Source of the DNA: Dimorphilus gyrociliatus
Lineage: Eukaryota; Animalia; Annelida
Assembly: GCA_904063045.1 (NCBI GenBank)
Contig: CAJFCJ010000006.1
Span: forward strand, 558,001-622,000
Reading direction: 5' to 3'
Length of the DNA stretch: 64,000 nucleotides
A model generated the notes under the pieces. The model searched no databases. It was not told the DNA's origin and was given only the letters and a program-made list of their open reading frames with translations. Within the stretch, counting starts at the first letter, position 1. Each line of letters starts with the position of its first letter. Positions 38,690 to 52,836 of the stretch are shown here, piece by piece. A program made the position numbers and the translations under genes.

Positions 38690-38902
38690 AACAAAATTTT
38701 TTAATACAATAAGTAATAACGATTCGCCACAGTTGTAATCGATAGATCAACATTAGGCCTACACGCCATTGGTCGATTTTTTCTTGATATCAAACACTGA
38801 TCCATAGCAACGGCCAACGCTTTATTATACCTTTTATATACTCCTTTAAAACAACCAGCCCAAAGTCATTAATTGTTGATTTAAAACTAGTTAAAATATA
38901 TT

Positions 38903-41900
38903 ATGTCTGCGCGAAAAATTAGCAAGAAAAGTTCTTTTAAATCTACTGTAAATGAATCAGAAAAAAACAAAGTTGTCAGTGTTGACTTATCTGGACAAGG
39001 ATTAACTGCAATTGCAAATTCTATATTAGAAAGAACCGAAATTGAAAGACTTAATTTGTCGTCTAATAATCTTCGAGCTTTAAACTCAGACGTCAAGAAA
39101 TTAGTAAACATTACTCATTTGGATTTGAGCCGAAACACTATTAAGTGTAGTCACGCTCATGATTATGGAGGGTTACCTGCAGAGCTTGCAAAGTTAGGTA
39201 ATATAATCATTTATACAAAAAAAAATTCTGTGGTATACTCTAATTTAATTTCAGCTCATTTGGAATATTTAAATATTGCTGAATGTAATTTCACAATTAT
39301 ACCTCCGACAATTTGGCTCCTTAGGCGATTAAAAAAACTAGATCTTAGTAGAAACAAAATAAATGTTCTTCCCCCCGATGTTGGACAGCTATCAGGTCTA
39401 CAATGGTTTGCAATACAACATGCCAACCTAAGCACCCTACCTCCGGAAATTGCTCTTTGTCAGAATTTGGAACATTTAATACTTTGGGGTAACGCTATTG
39501 ATTCTTTACCTGAAACATTAAAGCAAATGCGACGCCTTAAATGTCTGGAACTGAATTTACGATCTTGTGCAGCTGTAATAGATGATTATATGATGAAATT
39601 ATTGAAAGGTACATAATTGTGCCATGTGAACATGACGAATATTAGTATTTTTGTATATCTCTAAAATATCCCTTTTTCTTTCTCAAACAGATGGAAAATG
39701 TGAATCGACTCACATTCCAGCTGTTCTCTTTGACATTCCTGCTTTAGAGAGGCTTGATTTAGATGAATGTAAGTCAAACTCTCTTCCTGAGAGCAGCTCT
39801 GCAATGAAATTAAAATATTTATGCCTATCAAACAACCTATTTCAAAAAGTTCCACCTGTAATATGCACAATGAAGAATATACAGTCGCTAGATTTATCAA
39901 AAAATTTTTTGACTACTCTTCCTCCTGCCTTGACAGATTTATCCAACTTGAAATTGCTGAACGTTAATTCGAATGAATTAGAAAAACTCCCTACATCCAT
40001 ATGTAATCTGAGTCGTCTTAATAGTTTAGACATTTCGAACAATAAATTATCAATTTTACCTGAAAATATAGGAAATCTAAAACGTCTAAAGCAACTGTTA
40101 TGCAGCAAGAATCGACTGCAAAATTTGCCATTTTCAATTTGCAATTTATTCAAATTGCATACGCTTGATATAAGCAATAATGAGCTATCAAGCTTACCAA
40201 ACGATATGGCAAGTCTAATTGGAATAAAGTCTGCTCATTCATACAGAAAGCTACATATTGACGGTCTATGGCTTCATGGTAATCCTTTGACTCAGCCTCC
40301 TCCTCAGATATGGAAAACTGACGATATTCAATCTATTTTTGATTATATGAAACGATTAAAAGTAGATTATTGTGAAATTGAATTTTAATTATTAATTTGT
40401 ACCTAATTTGTTGCTATTTCCAGATAAGTGAAACGCCAAATTTGCAGCCTTTGAAGACTATCATTCTTGGCAATTACCAATGTGGGAAAACTTCTTTTCT
40501 AAATACAATGATCACAGGGAAAGGTTGCAAAACTACCTCAATCACGGACAGCACAGAAGTTCTTGAGAGAACTCTGTGGAGAACTTCAAACAACGTAGAT
40601 TTTCTTTTCATCGAATTTGGTGGTCATGATGTATATGAGACAGTTTTAAGACATTTTATGGACAAAAATGCGTTGTATATCATTCTCTACAATCATTCTA
40701 CATATCAAACTGAAAATCATTACGATCACATAGGTAAATATCTTGATTTAATACGTACTCATGCTCCAGGAGCTGTTGTCAAAATCATTGGTGCCAAGTC
40801 TGATGAATGGAGGGATATTAGCCGAATGCCTGAGATCGTTTTGAAAGAAGTTGAAATGAATTTACGAGACTATGAAGAAAAAGATAAACTAAGATATGAA
40901 GAAAACATTAAGAACTTAAAGTCACTTAATTGCGAGTATGTTCTTTTTCTTATATAGCAATTTTGTTCATATAATTTTTTAAACAATTGCTTATTCAGTA
41001 AAGAGTATGAAAAGTTGAGGGGAATCATCGAAAAGCCAGTGAACATCATTCCAGGAATAGTTTACACTTCTGTTATCGACAAAGTTCGAAACATATTAGA
41101 TTTTGTTAATGAATTGGAATTAATAGCTATTAATAAGGAGTTATTTCCACAAAACCAACGCTTTGTTCCTCAGTCCTGGAAATTATTTCGATCAGACTTA
41201 AGTCGAAAAGACAATTTGTTTATCGAGATAGACAATGCAAGAAAATTAGCTGAAAACAGGGGAATAAAAAAAGATGACTTTTCCTCAATGTTACAGCATA
41301 TGCAACTCTCAGGGGATCTTCTTTGGCCAAAAAAGATATCATCCTTGGAAAACTTTCTTTTTCATAAACCAACAGACTTAGTACAAAAAATGCGATTTTT
41401 ATTCCGATATAATTTGGATAAGTTTTTAGATTTAGGAGCGGAGTGCGTTTGGTCAGCCAAAGGGCTTTTTACGGAACAAACTATGGAGATAAGCAGAAGA
41501 GCAGTAAATTTTAGAAAACGTCTTTTGATTAAAATAACAACTATCAATATTTGTTTACAGATTTTGGAGGCAGGACAGCTGTCTTGGCGAGCTGCTCGTT
41601 GTTTTTTTTTTCACGATAAAAATCTAGACAGTGAAAGCGAGCTGAGAACCCTCTTGAACATTTTAGAAAATTTTGGTTTCTGCTATGTTATCCCACCTCC
41701 AAGAATTCCACCTCCTCTTTCTCATTTCGTTCCTGCTGTAGTTGTACCTTCATTAAATACAATACCGAATGGCAACAATCCTGATTGGTGGTGTCAAGGA
41801 GAGGATTTTAAGTGCATGAGAATAATTTTTCCGTTAAAACCTATACCTAGGTCTTTTTTTTATTTTTTGGCTTGCAAAGTTCAAGCGTTGGTTGAATTAC

Positions 41901-42094
41901 GATCGGATACATGTTTATGTATAAGAGCAAGAACAATTGATCAAACATTTATAAAACTTGAAATTCAAGAAGATAGAAAAGAGTTTTTTTTTAAGTTACA
42001 TGGCTCAGAAGACGTTTTCACTAATCTTCAGAGTTTGATTTTAGAAGCTGCAAATTACTATGAGGGAATTATTTACCTTGTAGACTACGATTAA
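38903..42094 (+). CDS. MFHAS1: MFHAS1/MASL1-like ROCO protein: LRRs + Roc GTPase + COR-like region (multi-exon)
   Basis: Many LRRs ending in WLHGNPLTQPP; P-loop GNYQCGKTS; EFGGHDVY; GAKSD; a helical insertion inside Roc; COR-like HMQLSGDLLW. There is no kinase domain. Confidence 0.75.
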
Positions 42095-42220
42095 TTATAG
42101 TATGTACGAGTAGTTTTAGACCTATTTGTTGTTTATTAAGCTCTGAAATTTACTTGCTAAGAAGTTCAACCCTTTCATAAATATGTATGCAATCAACAAT
42201 TGAAACTGCTATGTGAAAAG

Positions 42221-45071
42221 TTAATTTTTATCTTTCATCATTTCTCTGCACATATCATTATTTTTCTTTGGTAATGGATAAGAGACTCCAGGTGAAACTA
42301 ATTCTCTCTTCCTTCTGTGAGTGTATCCCTTTAAGCCTCTTATTTTTTCACGTGTGGTACTCACATGCTTAATATTAACTGTAGGTCTTGACATTTGCAA
42401 ACAACTTTTTAGTTTTTCATAAAAGTCAACATCTGAATTGAAATTGATAATGCCCGTAGCTTCTAATTTATGTTCAATCATGCTAAACACTGGAGAAGCT
42501 ATCTGAAAAGTTGAATGCAATGAATATGCACCAGTGTTCATGATTTCAGTATGGGCATTTTTGTTCCATAAAGAAATTGAAATTAGGCCAGATAAATCCA
42601 TAGATATTGACCCCATAACATCATAAATGACAACAATACCATTGCTTAGTTTTATAAATTCTCTCCTATCCTGCAAAAGCATGTTTGCTTGCAGAGCAGA
42701 AGTCATAGAAGATGGTGCGCTCCAAACAGCCGACATTAAACCACTCCGACCTGTAAAGAATGTGATTGGTCGAAAAGCAACTCCAAGCATATCAAGTGCC
42801 AATCCAGCGGTAACAACTGAGTCATCATCAGATTCTTCTCCTAACAAGCTTTCCACTCCAGCTGAAAATAAGCCAAAGGAATATATTGAGTTACCGTTCA
42901 AATCAACATCCATTCCTGATCTTTTCATCACGCCTGTTCTGGTATTTTCAACATACATATCATACACTGAATCAAATGTTTCGGATCTTGCTAAGAAATT
43001 ATGAAATGATAGAGACTTTCCTTTAGTAGCTAACCCATCGTAAGTATTTATTCGAGGGGAATTCTTCAAAGCTTTACTTATAAGTTTTCCTAAATTATCA
43101 TTGTTTGAACTTTTGTCAAACAGAAGTGCCTTTGTAAAAGTGGCCAATTCAGTGTTATATGGATCATTTAGACTTTGAATTATTTTTAGGACATCTTCAT
43201 ACGATATATTATTTTTAATCAAATACCGAAGAGCTTTTGATCTAACGGCTGTATCATAACCTCTTGATTGTTGATGGTAAATATCACTCAATATGCTCAA
43301 GTCCTTTTCGTTTAATTCTTTCATCTTCCTGAGAGCTTTTAAAGCAGCTTCATTTACATCTAGTGACTTATGGGAACTTGCTAGGTTCAATAAAACTGGA
43401 ATAGAAGATTTCTGGCCTGCATTTCCTAATGCTCTTATAATAATGAGTGTACATGAAACATCTTGACAATTCTTTAAACGATCTTCAAATATTTGTAAAA
43501 TTTCCCTCGTTTTTTTAGAGACTTTCTGTGAATTGCTACTGTATGTATATAACACAGCTCCTAAAGCCCCCGCAATACTTTCCTTAATTTTTTCATCTTG
43601 AACATTTGATAAAAAAAATTTTAGGAGAATATCTAAAAGGTCTTCACTAGGGTGTGTAGAAAATGCTATTGCTAAAAGAAAGCGCTCAGCTAAAATAGGA
43701 TCATTCAACTCAACAATTTGGAGTACGGCATTTAAGGATTCTTTAGTTTGAGCTGCTGAGCAAGCGTCCACTAAAATATCTCTAATATCTTTATGTTTTT
43801 CATTAGTAATTAAATTCGTGATCTCTTCCTGTGTTGAAAGTCTCAGTATTTGAACTAAAGTACCGAAAGCTGAAGCCGATTTTACCGTTGCCATATGCTT
43901 AAATTCTTGTTTTAGCTTTCCTACAACTTCAGATAGAGTCTCTGATTTTTCTACGTTTTCAATATCCGCTTCGATTGATTCTTCAGTTACTAGAAATTTC
44001 TTATTTAAGTGTTTTAAAGCCTCATTAATAGTCTTAACATTAATCTGCCCTCCAAAAGGTTTCTTATTGATTATTTTTAAATCTTGCTTAACAACGACTT
44101 GACTAGATACGCTAGATATCAAGTTTGTAAAAGATTCATAATTTTCATTAGAAGAAACTTGAATAAGTTCTTTTTCATTTGTAAATTTGAAAGCAGAGGA
44201 AAATTCTCTTTTTGTTGTAATATCAAACAACTAAAATTTTTAAAATAAATAAATTTTAAGTAATTGATAATAATAACCCACCTTATGAATATTCTTAAAT
44301 TCTTGTGCCTTGCTACCGGTGGTGCAGTTTTTTGACGTCTTAATAAGTTCTTCGCCTTTGTTCAAATAATCATAGAAACAAGAGCCACGCACATCAGTTA
44401 CACTTGAATCTGTTTGTTCTATGGTAAATAATTTTAATAGCTTCTTTGTTCAAATAGTCAAAAGTGGCGAAATTTAAATTTTTGAAATTGGAATAATATC
44501 TACTGTATAATTAAGATATTTTAATTTACAATTTGATCTAAGCAAAATAAATCCTATTGAAAATTCTTCTTACCTGTACTTTGAATTAAAGACAATATCC
44601 CTCTCTTTAAATTTAAGCTAAGTCTTGAATCCTCTTTTGCACCAAACAAGCGAGTCATCCTTCCGTGATGCCACAAGGAGAATACAGGATATTTTGTTAT
44701 CGAATTAAGCGATCTGCTTGAATCTGCTTTAGATAAACTGGATAATTTCGGGTTTGAAAGGGATATCTTCAAAAGTGTCGAATCAGCTGCTGTCCACAAA
44801 GGGCACATTTCAATCTGACATTGTAAACCGAATCCTATTACTGAATCAGAATTGGATGAAGGATCTTTCAAACTTGTTGTTGTTTGGTAGTCAAAAAAAT
44901 GAGAATTCTTGTCCATAGTCCATGGTAATCCTTGTGATTGGACCAGTGGAAAAGCTATTGCATCTGATGCAAGTAACAATTTTTATTACCCGTACTTTTC
45001 GAATACTAAAAAGAAAATTACTTACAAATTCTAAAAAATAAGGCTAAAACAACACAGTAATAGGTATCCAT
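42221..45071 (-). CDS. MTTP: Microsomal triglyceride transfer protein large subunit (4 exons)
   Basis: Signal peptide MDTYYCVVLALFFRIYAIA; TDVRGSC; ILVDACSAAQT; AERFLLAIAFSTHP; RALGNAG; FRPITFFTGRSGLMSAVW; DLSGLISISLWNK; CLQM. Confidence 0.93.
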
Positions 45072-45130
45072 GTTTGTGCCACGCACAAATTGTGTTACGC
45101 AAAAGCGGACCGACCGAACCACTGAAACAA

Positions 45131-45149
45131 AGTTCGAGTTCAAAGTTCA
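45131..45149. promoter_or_regulatory. DR1 nuclear-receptor element (HNF4/COUP/RXR type) upstream of MTTP
   Basis: AGTTCG AGTTCA A AGTTCA, with the DR1 at 45137-45149, 66-78 bp upstream of the MTTP ATG. Confidence 0.65.
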
Positions 45150-45811
45150 ATCGGCGTTAGCAGTATTAAACCGGGATATCGAGAGATAAATCGCTGTAGG
45201 TTAAAAATACAACTCTAATCAAGGAATATTTAAGTAAGTTTTATAACTAAAATGGTTAGCATTAAACTATTGTTAGCTTTTGACTTCAAGTTTCAAAACA
45301 TTGCTTTCGCTTAGTAGCTAACAGTATAACTGAAGTTAAAACCACAATGTAATGTACCATCCTTGACTGATACATATTTTGATGGAAACATAGTTTGAAT
45401 CACTTTTTGATCAAGATAGAGTATCAGATAAGGTTCTTAATTTAAGCAGTCCTCGATAATAGAAAAATTTAGGATAAATAACAAATTCTTCTACGTGTAA
45501 TAATTTTCTAATCATTTAACAGCAATTGATTTTTTTCGTCCTATAAATAATTGAGGTAATGATGGTATAGCAAATACTATATTCACTTTTTTGTATTATA
45601 GAAATACTTTTCTCACATTTGAATATTATTTTATTCCACGGGTATGTATTTATAAAGTCACAGAACATGCAATCTGTGAATCTTGCCAGTGATTGAAAAT
45701 AAAAAACCCAACCAAGCCAACCAACACCTAATATCAAGTCAGTCTGAGTTTTGTCTTGTAAGGTAAACAGTACGTGTTTCCGAGCTAGCATGTCAATGAG
45801 TAACTTATTAT

Positions 45812-46621
45812 TTAGTTTTTCAAAGACTGTGTATCACGTTCTTTCTTTTTTCTTATATAATGATAGTTGGGAAGCATTTTGTGAAGGAAATCCAACTGTA
45901 AACTCTGAGGTTGAGGTCTATCAAATTGAACTCGTCTTTCGCAATTCGATCCAGAAATTATTAAATTTTCTTGCAAAACTTCTCGATTAAAGATAGAACA
46001 GCCAGCACCAACTACACAACCATTAGTCAATTCTGTTTCTCTACCTAGTCTTGCTTTCGACTCGATAATGTTGTTATCACCAATTTTTAAAGCCTCAGAA
46101 TCTGTTTTTGATTTAAATTAATCAAAGAAAATAGTCTTCTATATACTTACAACATCCAACTTCAAATAAATTAGAATTCCCGATTATAACCACAGTCTGA
46201 TTTGGTGTTTCATCGATTTTTCTATCGAATATTTTTTAAAATAGATATATAACATTCTAAAAGTCATACCTATTATAAATTTCAGCTCTCTCTTCAATTA
46301 AATTGTTTTCTCCTATTATTATAGGGCCAGCATCAGCAATTATTCTTGCTTTTGGGTGAACTATGCTTCTGGCGCCTAAAAAAACGAATGTCAAATAATT
46401 TTTAATAAAACTTTATATATATATATTTACCGATAGTTACATCGCCTTGAATATCGCAATCCAAGCAAACTAAAGCTCCTGGGCCAAGTTTAATGCTGCA
46501 AATTGAAGGAGCGATAATAAGAGAAGTTGTGTCAAAATGGTTCTCAAGTTAGAATTTAGAAAGTCTCTTTACAAATTATTTTCGTGATAACTTTACACAA
46601 TTTATACCTGGGCTTAGTCAT
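45812..46621 (-). CDS. DCTN6: Dynactin subunit 6 (p27), 5 exons
   Basis: [22 protein letters not shown]|[28 protein letters not shown]...NLFEVGC|[17 protein letters not shown]...[19 protein letters not shown]. Confidence 0.95.
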
Positions 46622-47060
46622 CTTGCTACTCGATTATATTTCTCTTTATGAAAATATTGTAACGTTAATCTCTGTTTTCTAGTTTGCTGTTTTTAAAGAT
46701 GGCGCTAGTAGTATATCAATTAAATTATTTTAACCTAATGTTATAAAATTTGTCTTACATTTTAATACAACAGACTACTAACAGTTTTTATTTTTAAAAT
46801 TTAATTTTTACGAAAGATAGCCATTGAATTTAGCAAACGGGTAGTAATGTTAACCAATCGACATCCGATAATTTTTATTCATCTTACCAATTTACTAAAT
46901 TTAATAGATATTTTTATCTCTCATTTTACAGCAGAATTTATGAAATCCTATGAATTCCTTATCGTTTGCTCGATATATACAGATTTTCATTAACACTAAG
47001 ATCGATCTATACCCAGAAGTTAAAATCTCTCTTTTGTGACTTACATCAGGTACTAAAAGG

Positions 47061-50000
47061 ATGTCTTTACATTTGGAAACCAAGGAAGCAGTGGAAAGTT
47101 TAGAAAAATTATCCTTAAATGCTAATAATGAAATACCAGAATTAAGAAGCTTGATATGGCTTTTAGATAGTGTTTTATTTAAAAAAACTACACACATTCA
47201 AGATTCTTTGCAAGAACTTAAAAGGGTTTGCTTTGGCATTTTTTACATATTATTTTCTTCGTATTTACTTGTGGATTTTTGATTTACAGACTTCCATAGA
47301 AAACCATCATTTAACTGCAAATGACTTTGATATAAGCACTGATGGCAGCTATATTTCTCTTTTGAATGAAGAGAAAGATGATTTCCAAACGGTTAGTTAG
47401 AAATATACTTGTATACAAGAAACTTTTGACAATTTTTTTTGCAGAGAATACGAAAGTTAGCCGGCAATAGAGAAACGTATTCTGTAAAATTGTATAAGAA
47501 AGAGAATTCATCATTAGGGTTCAGTGTTATTGGACTCCAAGACCCTCAAACTCTAAACTTTGGTACATTTGTTCAAGATATCTCTCCTTTTGGCCCTGCT
47601 GCTCAGTGAGATTTTTATCATTTGAGGAAATTAGTTTTCTCAAATTCATTTTAAGCTTCGTTACAGAGAAGGAGGTCTGCAAGAGAATGATCAAATTCTA
47701 GCTATTAATGGAGAACTACTAACAAACAACCAAACTCATGCTCTGAATCTGCTCCACGCAGCTAATGGGGAAATAAACTTAGTTATTGCCAGAACAGTGT
47801 TAGTTACTAATTACTCTCCATCTCTCGATGCTCTGGTATGCAATTTCTTGCTAAGAAAAAACAGTTTCTTTTATTTTTTTGTTTCAATAGAATACATGCG
47901 AGCTTCTGGCAGTTGAAGTTGTTGATCTTGTAAATGACGGTAATGGTCTAGGGTTTGGTATTATGGGAGGCAAGTCAACAGGCGTTGTAGTAAAAACAGT
48001 TGTTGAAGGAGGGGTAGCAGATAGAGATGGACGATTAAAGTCAGGCGATCATCTTCTTCATGTTGGAGAGTGGTCTGTTAGAGGGATGAACTCTGATAAA
48101 GTTGCTGCTGTTCTGCGCAAAGCAGGCACTCACGTTCGTCTGGTTGTAGCAAGACCAGTCTTAGACACTTCTCAGGAAATTCAAACTCCCCCATATTCGG
48201 TTGTTATTTCTAATGATAAATTAGAGGAACATTTACAAGGGTTGTATCATCTGGGTTTGGCAGAAAATTCAGCTAATGACTTAGATCCTGACGAAGAAGT
48301 TCAGTCTGATGAAATATTTTTTGATGTAAATTTGTCAAAAGACAATTCTGGACTCGGTATTACTATCGCTGGTCTGATAGGATCATCCGCGAATGGAAAG
48401 CTATGTGGAATTTATGTAAGACATATAACTCCAAATAGTGCCGCCGAATTGGACGGTAGAATTCAGCCAAATGATCGAATTGTTGAAGTAAATGGCCGAA
48501 GTTTAGAAGGTTTTTCAAATGCCCAGGCTGTAGAAGTACTTAAAGCTACTGGGCAAACAGTTTCTCTAAAACTTGCTCGCCCACGCCATGGAGCAACTCA
48601 TTTAGCTGAATTGCAGCGTAGTTTAGCAGAAACGACTGATACGTGCTTAGAGTCATTTAAAACTCCCAATGAAGATGACTCATCTTTGAAAAGTTATTGG
48701 TGTCAGGCCTTGACTTTACAAGCTGATGAAGTTATCATAGCTCACGTTACAAAATTTAAAGAAGGTGGAGGATTGGGTGTAAGCCTTGAAGGAACTGTAG
48801 ATGTTGAAGATGATGGAAAGGAAGTGCGGCCACATCATTATATTCACAGCATACTTCCTGATGGACCAGTTGGAAAAAATGGTTGTATTGAAGAAGGAGA
48901 CGAATTGTTGGAAGTTAACGGCCAACGTCTTTTGGGATTAAATTACAAAGAAGTTGTGAACATCCTTAAAAGCTTGCCACAAAATGTTACTTTAGTGTGT
49001 TGTCGAAAAACTACCAGTTTACAAGGAAATATAAACCCAGGAAAAGTTGTTAAAGCTAAATCTGAAGATAATCTTTCAATTGAGAAACCGGGTGTGATAC
49101 TTAGATGGCGATCTGCCGAACCTTTAACGTCCATAGCATTGTGGAATGAGAACATAACAGAAGTTAAACTTGTAAAAGCAGAGAAAGGTTTAGGTTTCTC
49201 TGTTTTGGATTACCAAGATCCGTATAATTCTAACAGGCTAATTGTTGTTGTTCGATCGTTAGTTCCAGGAGGTGTTGCACAAAGCGATGGCAGAATAGTA
49301 CCAGGAGATCGACTAATGTATGTAAATGAAATTTCTCTTGAAAACGCTACTTTAGAGGATGCTGTAAATGCCTTGAAAGGTAGGTATACTAAAAAATGTA
49401 ATATTTTTTTGTTAACTTATCGGAGTTTGTTTTAGGGGCTCCGTCCGGCGAGGTAAAAATAGGCCTCGTAAAACCAATTTCTCCTGATGTGCCGGACTGT
49501 TCTTTAAGTGATATTCCTTTGATGGAAAATTACTTATCTTCAACACCCATTATAAATAATATGGAATCAGAGCCTAAATTAGATAGAGATCAGGATGATA
49601 GTTTTCATAATTCGACGTAGGTATTATGTATTAATTAACTTCATATTAACTTGTCGTAAAAATTAGGGGGAGTAACCAGAAAACGATTGAAATACACCCA
49701 AGTATTAGGGATACTACAATGGGTCTGTCCCCGTGAGTAAGCAATAATTTTAGGGAACTGGTCCATGTATTTATATTTCAAACAGAGTGTCTATTCATTC
49801 TGAAGCGGAAACTGGTTTTAGTAATAGTCCATCACCTAAGTTGCGATCAACACAAAACTTACTTTTTACACCTCCTAAAACCGTCGTTGTTCGTAGGTAA
49901 TTTCCAAATTTTAAATAAATCATTTTGATGCTACATTAAAAAAAATTTTTTTTCTTTTTTTTTCATAGGAAAATGAATGAATCATTGGGTATTAGCATAG

Positions 50001-52836
50001 TTGGAGGAAAACTGGAGTTTTTCTCAACGTCTAATATTTCTCCTCCTTCTTCACCTCAGTCACCAATTTCGGGAATTTTTGTTAAGCATGTTTTACATTC
50101 GGGACCAGCAGCAGGGCTTTTAAAAATGGGTGACCATATCTTGGAAGTAGACGGACGAGATATCCGTTATGCCTCTCATGATGAAGCTGTCGAAGCTATA
50201 AAATTATCTAAAACGCCAGTTACATTCCTTGTTCAAAGCATATCAGATCCATCTGATTCAAATCTAAATAGCTCACAAAAAATTGAGAAAGACGCTGAAA
50301 AAGGAAACACAATTGAGATGATTTCTGCGTCGAAACTATTTTCCAATCAACAAGATTCATCGTCTGTTGCACAGTACCCTTTACATCCAGCAAAAAATGA
50401 GACCAGCAGTAGTTCTTCAGAGAATGATTTAACAGCTGACTCTTACCAACTATATTCCATGGTTTCGGTTGATCAAACAAAGTAAGACTAACATTCTCAA
50501 TTTATGAAATATTGATTAACTTATTTTCCAGATGTAAAAAATCTGAAACAGTTCCTACAGCGATAGATACTCAAAATTCTGAAATAGATAGCATTGATTT
50601 AAGTCAGATTATAATTAAAAAGATTTGAGAATGGTATAATTAAGTAAACATTTTCAGATGGGTCAAAGCTGAAATATCAGAATCTCTCAGGTGAACTGCT
50701 AAGACTGTCATTTGAAAGAGACAATCCAAGAAGTGAATTCGGATTGAGCTTAGTCGGAAATAAACATCCTGATAAACAAGGTGTTTTCGTGTCAGAAATA
50801 GACCCAAATTCATGGCTGTTAAAAGACGGCGGCCTGAAAATTGGGGACGAGCTTTTGGAGGCAAGTTACTTTATCATTAACTTGTATTGCTTAACGTAAT
50901 AATTAGCAACTACTTGAATGATACAATTTTCAGATTAATGATAAGATACTATATGGTAAAAATCATTTGAATGCATCATCTATAGTGAAATCCATATCGA
51001 GTACAAATGTTAACATATTACTACTCCGGTAAATACGACAAAATAGTTTCTTTCACGTAATGTACCCTTTTTTACAGGCAATCTGATAATTTACCTGATC
51101 CTGGATTATCAAATACCTCAGAATTTTCAGTAAATGTTTAATTTCATTTCGTTTCATGTACTAAAATTAAGCTAATTTAAATATTTAGAACTCTCCTGAT
51201 AAAGCTGAGAAAGAAGCAAAATGTTCATCAATAGAAAAAGACTTACAGGTAATTATAAATTAATTTAGATTGATAGCAAACTTACTAATGTGTTTGTTGT
51301 AGGACATGGTCAATTTTAATAAAATTACGGATGAAAAAGTATTGTATAAGCTTTAATATATCTAAAAGTGATATTCTCATTGTGATGCTTTAATTGTAGA
51401 GAGTATTCCTAGAGAGTTATGTCGATATTAAGAAAGTTCACTTGAATAAGGTAAAATCAGTTGTATTTGTTTCAACTACAATAGAGGATTTCAATTATTA
51501 GGAAACACAAAGAGATTTGGAATTCTCGGTTAAGGATGATACAGTTCAAGGGGTCAAAGGCGTCTATATAGATAGAATTACACAAAATTCTACAGTTTGT
51601 GACGAAATCAGAATTGGGGATCACTTAATTGCCCTGGAACTACCTGAAGGGATAGCTAAGCTTGACGAATTGACCTCCCAAGAAGCTACAGAAGTGTTGA
51701 GAAATATACCAGACGGTCCATTTAACTTGTACCTCGTACCATCATTGAATTCTAATCAAGAAATAGAAAGCACAGAGCAAACTGATCAGAAATTTGAAGA
51801 AGTTGACTTAAGTACTGTTCCAATTGCTGTTGGTAAGAAGACAACCATTACTATAGCGAAAGGAAAGAGTGGATTAGGTTTAAGTATTGTTGGTGGTGCT
51901 GACACTATGATAGGAGAGATTTTAATTCACGAAGTTTATGCAGAAGGAGCGGCAGCTAAAGATGGAAGACTTTGCGCCAGTGATAAAATTTTGGAAGTTG
52001 ACGGGAAGAGTTTGAAGCACACAGACCATGATGAGGCTATTTCAATTCTTAGGCGAACTCAAGATGTTGTTACTATGGTTGTGTTTAGAGCAGATACATC
52101 TTTGTCACCGAGAAAATCCGATGATGAATCTTACACGACTTTCAACATTACATTGATAAAAAAACCTAACAAAGGACTTGGTTTAAGTATTGTTGGACGA
52201 CGAGGTCAAGGCGGAGTCTTCATCTCAGATATAGTTAAAGGTGGTGTGGCGGATACCAATGGTCACCTTTACCCTGGGGATCGTCTCATGAGTGTAAATG
52301 GTGAGGATCTAAGAGACTCAAGCCAAGAAGACGCTGCAGCAGTTTTAAAAACATTGATGGGAAAAGTAACTCTCACTATAGGCAGACTAAAGAAAGGAGG
52401 AAAAAGTGAGTGAATATAAGATTTAGCCCAACAAAATATAGTCGATTAATATTTTGATAGACGTGCTTGTATTTGTCTGTATATTGGAAGACGAATAATA
52501 AATAGTTAGTTTTTTAGAAACTGAATATAGATGGCGTTTTATTTTCTTTTTATAGGTGAAGGATCCATAGAAGAGGTTATTTTGGAACGAGGATCAAGGA
52601 GACTTGGATTTACAGTTGTTGGAGGAAGTGATAGTCCACAGGGCCGATTACCTATTTATGTTAAAACTGTGTCTGAGGATGGTAGCGCCGACAAAGTTCT
52701 CTTCCCAGGCTGTGAACTTTTGTCGGTTAATGATCATGAGTTGAATAATGTAACGCATGCTGAAGCAGTTACCCTTATAAAGCATGCCCGAGACCCCATT
52801 CGATTACTAGTACGTTACCCACAAGACCCAGAATAA
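47061..52836 (+). CDS. PATJ/MPDZ: PATJ/MPDZ multi-PDZ scaffold: L27 + about 11 PDZ domains (multi-exon)
   Basis: N-terminal L27 (LRSLIWLLDSVLFKKTTHIQDSLQEL) followed by repeated GLGF/GLGI/SLGI/GLGL PDZ units up to 52836. Confidence 0.92.
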
